Source: Candidatus Eiseniibacteriota bacterium (GTDB taxonomy: Bacteria > Eisenbacteria > RBG-16-71-46 > JABDJR01 > JAWXBZ01). Taken from it: a stretch of DNA of 19,550 nt. Numbering within the stretch: the stretch's first letter is position 1; every line of letters starts with the position of its first letter. The position numbers and the translations under genes were made by a program. Positions 1 to 6,512 of the stretch are shown in pieces. The DNA is taken from positions 1-19,550 of the forward strand of contig JAWXBZ010000245.1 in assembly GCA_034440375.1 (NCBI GenBank). The letters run 5' to 3'. A model generated the notes under the pieces. That model saw nothing but the letters and a program-made list of their open reading frames with translations. It made no database searches and was not told where the DNA came from.

Positions 1-534
1 CAAGCGATTGATCAAGGCCACGCCGACGCTGGAGGGGGCGGGCGTGCACCTGCGCCGCGCCTTCGGATTCGGCAACACCTCGGATTTCGATCCTTTCCTG
101 TTGCTCGACGACTTTCGGAATGAACGGCCCGAAGACTACCTGGCCGGTTTTCCCTGGCATCCGCATCGGGGTATCGAGACGATCACCTACGTGCTGGCCG
201 GCACGGTCGATCATGCGAACAGCATCGGGAATCGCGGGGCCATCAGACCGGGGGATGTGCAGTGGATGACGGCGGGCCGCGGCATCATTCACCAGGAGAT
301 GCCGAAGGGCGGCAGCCCCCCACCGAAGCCGACAATCGATCACTGGTCCTGTTCGACGGCGGCGACGAGGTGACCGTGCAGGCAGGCGACGAAGGGATCC
401 GATTCCTTCTCGTGTCCGGCAAGCCGCTGCAGGAACCGGTGGCCTGGCATGGCCCGATCGTGATGAACACGCAAGAGCAACTGAAGGAGGCCTTTGCGGA
501 CCTGGACCGCGGGACGTTTCTCGATAGTCGGTAG
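1..534 (+). pseudogene. Pirin family protein, internally deleted and frameshifted; 5' end lies outside the window
   Basis: The frame from base 2 reads KRLIKATPTLEGAGVHLRRAFG...DPFLLLDDF...GFPWHPHRGIETITY...VQWMTAGRGIIHQEMPKG (pirin N-terminal cupin, metal ligands H-x-H and H-x-E). A different frame (262..534) carries the pirin C-terminus PPTEADNRSLVLF...RFLLVSGKPLQEPVAWHGPIVMNT...GTF. The frames switch at ~310-315 and the middle part, including the usual FQLW motif, is absent. Confidence 0.85.
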
Positions 535-543
535 CGCCAACGC

Positions 544-579
544 GGGCCGCCACGCAGCTGACATGCCGTGCGGCGGCCC
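544..579. terminator. GC-rich hairpin between convergent genes, possible terminator
   Basis: GGGCCGCC (544-551) pairs with GGCGGCCC (572-579); CACG/CGTG can extend the stem with a bulge. No clear U-tract. Confidence 0.3.
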
Positions 580-620
580 TTCCCCTACCGAAGTGACGTG
601 ACTTCAGGCAGTTCCAGGGA

Positions 621-794
621 TCAGCTGCCGCGGTTGCTCTGCCGGGCGCTGCGCGGTTTGGCGTTCTTGCGCGCAATGGCGCGTTCATCCACCCCGCCAT
701 CCACTGTACCCGGGCGCGCCTTGACGGACTTTTCCTTGAGGACGGCTCCACTGCCGGCCTTCTTGCCTTTTGGAAGTGTTTTCTTGGACGCCAT
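621..794 (-). CDS. Small Lys/Arg-rich hypothetical protein, 57 aa (not in the ORF track)
   Basis: Manual translation: MASKKTLPKGKKAGSGAVLKEKSVKARPGTVDGGVDERAIARKNAKPRSARQSNRGS*. SD-like GGGAG lies ~11 nt before the ATG; GC-rich third positions; starts 39 nt after the peroxiredoxin stop on the same strand. Confidence 0.65.
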   Translation of the reverse strand: MASKKTLPKGKKAGSGAVLKEKSVKARPGTVDGGVDERAIARKNAKPRSARQSNRGS

Positions 795-833
795 GGATTG
801 ATGACTCCCGTTGAGGGTTGAGTTGCGCGGCGA

Positions 834-1496
834 TCAGGACTTGGGCTGCGGAACGATGCGGAGGTAGGGGCGCGGAGCCTTCCAACCATCCGGATAGGTC
901 TTTTTGGCATCTTCGTCCGAGACGGATCCGGCGATGATGACGTCCTCGCCCTGGTGCCAGTTCACCGGTGTGGCCACCTTGTGCCTGGCGGTGAGCTGCA
1001 TGGAGTCGATCACGCGGAGGACTTCGTCGAAGTTGCGGCCGGTGGTCATCGGATAGGCGATGATCAACTTGACCTTCTTGTCCGGGCCGATGACGAAGAC
1101 GTTTCGAACGGTCTGGTTGTCGGCGGCGGTCCGCCCCTCGAAGGTTCCCGACAGGCTGGCCGGCAGCATGCCGTAGAGCTTGGAAACGGACAGATCGGTA
1201 TCGCCGATCATCGGAAAGTTCGGCGCATGCCCCTGCGTTTCGCGAATATCCTCCGCCCACTGCGCATGCCGATCCACCGGATCGACACTGAGGCCGATGA
1301 TCTTAGTATTCCGCTTGTCGAACTCGGGCTTGAGACGGGCCATGTATCCAAGCTCCGTCGTGCAGACGGGGGTGAAATCCTTGGGGTGCGAGAAGAGCAC
1401 CGCCCAGGAATCGCCAATCCAGTCATGGAAGTTGATGGAGCCTTGCGTGGTCTCGGCCTGGAAATTCGGGGCCTCCTGACCCAATTGCAAACTCAT
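834..1496 (-). CDS. 1-Cys peroxiredoxin (Prx6 family)
   Basis: FSHPKDFTPVCTTE active-site motif with a single Cys, YPMTTGRNFDEVLR, ATPVNW; strong SD (AAAGGAG) upstream. Confidence 0.97.
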   Translation of the reverse strand: MSLQLGQEAPNFQAETTQGSINFHDWIGDSWAVLFSHPKDFTPVCTTELGYMARLKPEFDKRNTKIIGLSVDPVDRHAQWAEDIRETQGHAPNFPMIGDTDLSVSKLYGMLPASLSGTFEGRTAADNQTVRNVFVIGPDKKVKLIIAYPMTTGRNFDEVLRVIDSMQLTARHKVATPVNWHQGEDVIIAGSVSDEDAKKTYPDGWKAPRPYLRIVPQPKS

Positions 1497-1614
1497 GATT
1501 CACTCCTTTCGGAAGCACTCAAGCCGTGGCCCGGGCGCCGCTGGACCTGAACCTCCGCTCCTTCCGAGCCAACCTGGCCCCCTGAGATCGTCGGTCCGGG
1601 ATGCTGACGGCGGA

Positions 1615-1623
1615 ATGGTAGCA
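1615..1623 (-). promoter_or_regulatory. Candidate extended -10 element (TGcTACCAT) for the peroxiredoxin gene
   Basis: Minus strand reads TGC-TACCAT about 120 nt upstream of the ATG, matching TGnTAnnnT. No clear -35. Confidence 0.35.
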
Positions 1624-1694
1624 CCGGCGAATCGAATTGGCCCAGTCCGGAGGATTCCGCAGGGTTCGAATTGGCTGTACTTGATACGGTGTTG

Positions 1695-3437
1695 TTACGC
1701 CCGGGATGGCGAAGCCGTATTCTGAAAGCAGGGAATCGCCGGCCCGCCCCGATTCCCCCTCGGCCTGAGCTCCCGTGCGAAGTAGGGCGCAGCCAGCACC
1801 TTCAGCGCGGCCAGGCGGAGTTCGTAGAGGCGGACGCGCCAGTCGCGCTGAACGAGGTAGCGGGCGTCGTCGGGGTTGACGATCAGGCTGACCTCGATGT
1901 TGGGGGCCAGGCCGATCGGGATGCCGCTCCGGCGGCAGGCATCGTACATGTAGCGCATGACGTCCAGCATCTCATCGGTCTTCGGCGTGGGGAAGCGCTC
2001 CATGGCGGAGCCGATCGTGGGGCGAAAGATGCAGACCGTGGGGAAAGCGCCGACGCCGGTGATGTAGTCGATGGCCTTGATCGTGTCCTCGATCGGCTCG
2101 ACCCCGGCGATAATTTCGCCCGAGCACGAACCCTTCCCCATCCTCTTGACGCAGTATTCCATCGCATTGAAGAAGGCGGCCTGGCCGATCAGCTTCTCCT
2201 TGCCGGGAAGATAGCGGGCAAAATATTCGGGATTGTGAAACTCGTAGCAAAAGGAAAAGTGATTGGTGCCGAGGTCGATCATCCGGTCGTACTTCCAGAG
2301 GTTGGTGCTTGGAACGACCTGGACGCCGATGAGAGAACCGACTTGTTCCTTGACCGCCTTGACGTAGGGGGCCACGACCTCGAGGTTGCGATCGCCGCCA
2401 TGAAATCCGGAATTGAAGTGGACGAACGTGTTGCCTGACTCCTCGCGGGCGGCCCGGGCCACCTCGACGACATCGCGCACATCCTTCTCGGCTATCTCGT
2501 TGACGCCGACGTTGAGGCCCGTCGTGCAGAAATGGCAACCGGCCTCCGGCTTGTGATACCAGAAGCCGCATGAGTTGGAAATGTAGATGCCGAGGTAAGT
2601 CCCCTGCAGGACACCCACCCGCGACATGAGCGTGCCCCGGGATGTTTCGCGGCCATACCAGTCGGGTTGGGCGGGCAGTCGAACCTGGTAGGGTCGGCGA
2701 CGCTCATCGCCGGGCGCCGACTTCTTGCTGAATCGGTCATCCACAACCTGGTAGGCCCCGGCATCTGTGCGGATCAATCGATAGGGGGAGTCGTGCGCGA
2801 AATCCTCCTCCACTGGCACATTGAGCCACACATCCTTGAGCGGCCCCGGTAGAACCAATTCCAGACCACTGCCGAGGCCGGCCCGGGTCCGGCTGAAGGG
2901 GCGGGCGTCCTCTTCCAGCACACACGAGGGATCGATCCGTATGCCGCGGCAGAAGAGATCGACTTCGAGTTCGCCCGCGTTCAGGCGGTGGGGCAGCTCC
3001 TCGCCGACATCAATTCCACCTGGCCCACCACCCGGCCAGGGCGTCGGCTCGGACATCGGGGCCGGCGCCTCCCGGATCGGTTCGAATTCAGGCAATGTGA
3101 ACGTGAGGGCTCGACGCACCTCCAGCGGAATGGCGGAGGGATTGAATCCGGATTCCAGGTAGTCAATCCATCGCCTTGCGGTTTCATGAGTCAGCTTCTC
3201 ATCGAAAAGGGCGGCGCCGTAGGAATAGCGATCCCGGCTGTGCGGGACCATGCTCGTCTTGTAGAAGAATGCGGCCCACTTGCCCACGGACTTGCCGGTC
3301 ATGAGTTTCATCAGGCGAATGCGGCAGCGTCCCCCCGGCCCGCCGGAGCCACGGATCAGGATTTCGTGGTCATCCCCGTCCGGCCGAAGGACCGGGCCGG
3401 AAGGACCAAGGGTGGCGCGAAAGGGTGCGAGGAGCAT
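1695..3437 (-). CDS. Radical SAM protein (MSMEG_0568/biotin-synthase-related type) with an extra unknown N-terminal domain
   Basis: Cys motif CGFWYHKPEAGCHFC (CX10CX2C, 2526-2570), preceded by PDWYGRETSRGTLMSRVG; barrel-type segments HFNSG, FSFCYEF, GEIIAGVE, PTVCIFRPTIGS. A possible second in-frame start lies at 3056. Confidence 0.85.
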   Translation of the reverse strand: MLLAPFRATLGPSGPVLRPDGDDHEILIRGSGGPGGRCRIRLMKLMTGKSVGKWAAFFYKTSMVPHSRDRYSYGAALFDEKLTHETARRWIDYLESGFNPSAIPLEVRRALTFTLPEFEPIREAPAPMSEPTPWPGGGPGGIDVGEELPHRLNAGELEVDLFCRGIRIDPSCVLEEDARPFSRTRAGLGSGLELVLPGPLKDVWLNVPVEEDFAHDSPYRLIRTDAGAYQVVDDRFSKKSAPGDERRRPYQVRLPAQPDWYGRETSRGTLMSRVGVLQGTYLGIYISNSCGFWYHKPEAGCHFCTTGLNVGVNEIAEKDVRDVVEVARAAREESGNTFVHFNSGFHGGDRNLEVVAPYVKAVKEQVGSLIGVQVVPSTNLWKYDRMIDLGTNHFSFCYEFHNPEYFARYLPGKEKLIGQAAFFNAMEYCVKRMGKGSCSGEIIAGVEPIEDTIKAIDYITGVGAFPTVCIFRPTIGSAMERFPTPKTDEMLDVMRYMYDACRRSGIPIGLAPNIEVSLIVNPDDARYLVQRDWRVRLYELRLAALKVLAAPYFARELRPRGNRGGPAIPCFQNTASPSRA

Positions 3438-3542
3438 GGCCGAAGTGTGACAGGTGCCCCCCGGATGGCTTCATGACATAAGTCAGGGTCGTTGGAGTAT
3501 CCCAGAAGATCCGACGCGGCCCGACCTTTTCTGTAGAAATCG

Positions 3543-3567
3543 TAAGCTATTTATTTTCAATTGGTTG
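3543..3567. promoter_or_regulatory. AT-rich IHF-like site in the divergent intergenic region
   Basis: TAAGCTATTTATTTTCAATTGGTTG contains TTTCAATTGGTTG, one mismatch from WATCAANNNNTTR, in otherwise GC-rich DNA. Confidence 0.35.
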
Positions 3568-3695
3568 CCATGGATTTCAGCTCCGGCTTCCGCAGACTCT
3601 CAAGCTTTGCTCAAGCCCGCAGGCCGACACTCCCTGGCAGTTGCTCACTTCCACGATGGCCCATTGATGACATGCGACTGGAAAGGGGTTTATCC

Positions 3696-4142
3696 ATGCG
3701 ACGTCTGGCAAATGCCACGCTGGTGGCCGGATTAATTGCGGGTGCCGGTCTTGCTGCCGCGGTGGTGGCGGTGGCTCGCCACGGAATGCCCGGAGGTACG
3801 ACTTCCGGAACAGCGACGACATCGGCGCCACCGAGTCACGGGATGGTGATCGTCGATCCAAAGACCGGCGTTTTGGGAAATGCCGTGGGGCGGGAATTGA
3901 ATCGACCGGCGACAATGGAGGAGGCTCAGGCTTACGCCCGCCAGATCGCCGCGGAACTGGTCACCGAGACTCACGCCGATGGCTCCCAGAGCCTGATCCA
4001 CGATGACCGGTTGGCCGACTATGCCGTGATCCGGATCACTCCCGGCGGCGAGCGCAACTTCCAATGCGTGCACGGCGATGCCGCCGCTCACGGCGCCCTC
4101 TGTGCGCCACGCCCGACTGACTCCATCCTTGAGGTGGAGTGA
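3696..4142 (+). CDS. Small exported or membrane-anchored protein, 148 aa, resembling post-PEP-CTERM-1 domain proteins
   Basis: ATG at 3696 follows SD-like AAAGGGG (preferred over the TTG at 3561). Basic then hydrophobic N-terminus, Thr/Ser/Pro linker, then GMVIVDPKTG...RPATMEE...HADGS...GERNFQCVH. The family resemblance is from memory only. Confidence 0.7.
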   Translation: MRRLANATLVAGLIAGAGLAAAVVAVARHGMPGGTTSGTATTSAPPSHGMVIVDPKTGVLGNAVGRELNRPATMEEAQAYARQIAAELVTETHADGSQSLIHDDRLADYAVIRITPGGERNFQCVHGDAAAHGALCAPRPTDSILEVE

Positions 4143-4144
4143 TC

Positions 4145-5851
4145 ATGAATACGTTCATTCGAGCGCGGGCGCTGAGGGGATGGGTGCTCCTGACCGGCAC
4201 GCTGTTGACGCTGCTCACAGGGGCCGCCCATGCGGCGACGATCACGATCCAGAACAACGACGGTCCCAACGAGGGGTTCAATGACCCGTCGCCCAGGGCA
4301 CCGGTCGGCGGGAATCCGGCAACGACACTGGGAGCGCAACGGCTCTTTGTCTTCCAGCGTGCGGCGAACATCTGGGGGGCGCTGCTCTCCAGCCCCGTCA
4401 CCATCGTCGTCAGCGCCCGCATGGATCCGCAGACCTGCGACGCCGCGAGCGGCGTGCTGGGCAGCGCCTCGGCCGGTTCTTCACAGCGCAATTTCGCCAA
4501 TGCCCCGTTCGCCGACACCTGGTACCAGCAGGCGCTGGCCAACAGCCTGGCGGGCTTCGACCTGAATGTGGCACCCGACATGAACTGCACGTTCAACGTC
4601 AGCATCGGCACGCCGACCTGCCTGCCGCAGGGGTGGTATCTGGGAGTGGACGGAAACGAGGGTACGGCGATCGAACTCCTTCCGGTAGTTCTCCACGAAC
4701 TCGGCCACGGCCTCGGATTCGCCACCATCACATTGGCCGGCGTCGAGATGGGCACGCCGCCCGGCCCTCACGTATATGACCGGTTTCTCCTGGACAAGAC
4801 ACAGGGAATGCACTGGAACGAGATGACCGAACCGCAGCGCGCGGCCTCGGCCAACAACTGTCAGAATCTGGTGTGGGACGGCCCCCTGACGACCGAGCGG
4901 TCCGGTGACTTCCTCGGGCCCAAGCCGCTTCTGCGGGTCAATGCACCGACCACGATCGCCGGCGACTACGAGGTGGGCCTCCCTTCATTCGGGCCTGGCC
5001 TCAGCACCAGCGGCCTCACCGGCAACCTGGTCCTTGTTCAGGACTCAGGCGCTGTGCCGACCAACGGCTGCGATCCCTACACGAACGCGGCCCAGATCGC
5101 CGGCAACATTGCCCTGATCGACCGAGGTGGTTGCAGTTTCGTGGCCAAGGTCAAGCGGGCCCAGCTGGCCGGTGCCGTGGCGGTCGTGGTGGCCGACTCG
5201 ACCGCCGGCTGCCCGCCGGCTGGAATGGGTGGCGTTGATCCGACGATCACCATTCCCTCGGTTCGAGTCACACAGGACGTCGGTGTCCAGCTCAAGTCGG
5301 CACTGGCCCTGGGCGTCAACGTCACGCTGATCCTCGATCCGGCGCTGGACGCCGGCACCGACGCGGATGGCCGCGTGCTCGTCTATACGCCGATTCCCTT
5401 CGCGACCGGCTCGTCCGTTTCGCACTGGGATACGTCCCCGACGCCAAATCTGCTGATGGAGCCGGCAATCAATCCCGACCTCTCCTCCAGCGTCGACCTG
5501 GCAATTCCACATTTCATCGACATCGGCTGGGTAACGATGGGAACCGCTTCGGTTGCCGATCGTGAGCCGATACCCAGGCATCTGCTTGGCAACTTTCCCA
5601 ATCCGTTCCGGGCGTCGACCGAAATCCGTTTTTCACTGGCCAAAGAGGAACAGGTCGAGCTGGACATTTACGACCTGGCCGGCCGTATCGTGAAGCGGGT
5701 GGCCAGCCAACGTCTTCCTGCCGGCTCGCATGTGCTGTCATGGGACGGTGCGCTCGAAGACGGCCAGCGTGCCTCGGCCGGAATCTACCTCTTTCGCCTG
5801 AAGACGCCGACCACGTCCGAGAGCGGTCGGATGGTTCTGCTCAGGTATTAG
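4145..5851 (+). CDS. Secreted zinc metallopeptidase with inserted PA domain and C-terminal FlgD-Ig/T9SS-type-A-like domain
   Basis: Signal peptide ending AHA; HELGHGLGF at ~4694; PA domain (GNIALIDRGGCSFVAKVKRAQLAGAVAVVV...ITIPSVRV); distal GSSVSHWD...LLMEP; C-terminal GNFPNPF...IYDLAGR...WDG...AGIYLFRL. ATG at 4145 follows GAGGTGGAG; GTG at 4139 is an alternative start. Confidence 0.9.
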   Translation: MNTFIRARALRGWVLLTGTLLTLLTGAAHAATITIQNNDGPNEGFNDPSPRAPVGGNPATTLGAQRLFVFQRAANIWGALLSSPVTIVVSARMDPQTCDAASGVLGSASAGSSQRNFANAPFADTWYQQALANSLAGFDLNVAPDMNCTFNVSIGTPTCLPQGWYLGVDGNEGTAIELLPVVLHELGHGLGFATITLAGVEMGTPPGPHVYDRFLLDKTQGMHWNEMTEPQRAASANNCQNLVWDGPLTTERSGDFLGPKPLLRVNAPTTIAGDYEVGLPSFGPGLSTSGLTGNLVLVQDSGAVPTNGCDPYTNAAQIAGNIALIDRGGCSFVAKVKRAQLAGAVAVVVADSTAGCPPAGMGGVDPTITIPSVRVTQDVGVQLKSALALGVNVTLILDPALDAGTDADGRVLVYTPIPFATGSSVSHWDTSPTPNLLMEPAINPDLSSSVDLAIPHFIDIGWVTMGTASVADREPIPRHLLGNFPNPFRASTEIRFSLAKEEQVELDIYDLAGRIVKRVASQRLPAGSHVLSWDGALEDGQRASAGIYLFRLKTPTTSESGRMVLLRY

Positions 5852-5854
5852 GTA

Positions 5855-5929
5855 CCCATCAGGGTGGGTTGAACTCGCGGCACCGGCTCGGGGGCCGGTT
5901 AGCCGCGGGTCAATCTACCCATGAAAGGG
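5855..5929 (+). other. Long imperfect stem-loop directly after the peptidase stop codon
   Basis: The two halves of 5862-5920 pair over about 26 bp with four G-U pairs and two bulges; TCA/TGA and CCC/GGG can extend it. No U-tract. Confidence 0.6.
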
Positions 5930-6254
5930 ATAACGCAATAGCGATAACTCATTAAGTCCGAGCGACTTGCTGCCGATTTCTAACCTGATCGAATCGACAC
6001 GGATCCAATCGAGGATGGAGATTGAGGAGCGGCACGATGCTTCGATGGTATCGCGAAAGTCTGCGGGGCCGACTCCTTCGGCGGAGATGATGGCTCGGCC
6101 AGTGGCGAACTGGAGGCTTCATGACAAAAGTCAGGCTGGGCGGAAGTGGAGATCCAATTCATCATCATGTGCCGCCCTCGAACGCGGTAAGCTAGTGTCC
6201 GCAACCGGTCGAAAACGATAAGAAACCCATTCGAGACGGGTTTAGAACTTCGCC

Positions 6255-6512
6255 ATGTCACAACCATTGACGGAAGAAAGTGGCACCCGCCCGCTTCACC
6301 GACTCTCCCCGGGCGAAGGTGGGCTGATCCTGACGATCAATGCGGCTCCTCCCATCGTGAGGCGCCTCATGGAGTTGGGCCTCGTGCCTGGCACGCGGGT
6401 CGAGATGATCCGATGCGCACCGCTCGGCGATCCGATGGAGGTGGCCATCCAGGGGGTACACCTGTCACTGCGACGTTCCGAGGCCAGCCTGATTCATGTC
6501 ACGCCCACCTGA
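6255..6512 (+). CDS. feoA: Ferrous iron transport protein A
   Basis: RRLMELGLVPGTRVEMIRCAPLGDPMEV...LSLRRSEA signature; overlaps feoB. Confidence 0.96.
   Translation: MSQPLTEESGTRPLHRLSPGEGGLILTINAAPPIVRRLMELGLVPGTRVEMIRCAPLGDPMEVAIQGVHLSLRRSEASLIHVTPT

Noticed and set aside
1525..1590. SAH riboswitch-like words (GGCTCGG, CAGCGGCGCCC) in the Prx leader, minus strand
   Set aside because: The conserved GAGGxGCGCTGC core is missing and the gene context does not fit.
5929..5990. Fur-like (GATAAC...TCATTA) and DtxR/IdeR-like (CTAACCTGA) fragments upstream of feoA
   Set aside because: Only half-site matches, no proper dyad symmetry, and about 270-320 nt from the start codon.
6119..6133. Two in-frame TGA codons on the minus strand as possible selenocysteine codons
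   Set aside because: No redox-motif context, no recognisable selenoprotein family and no convincing SECIS.
5852..6254. RNase P RNA, tmRNA, SRP RNA or intron in the 403-nt gap (AAGTCCGAGC resembles the RNase P 5' core)
   Set aside because: GAGGAAAGTCC, GTGCxACAGAAA and the 3' ACAGAAxxCGGC elements are absent; no tRNA-like ends, SRP loop or group II domain V found.
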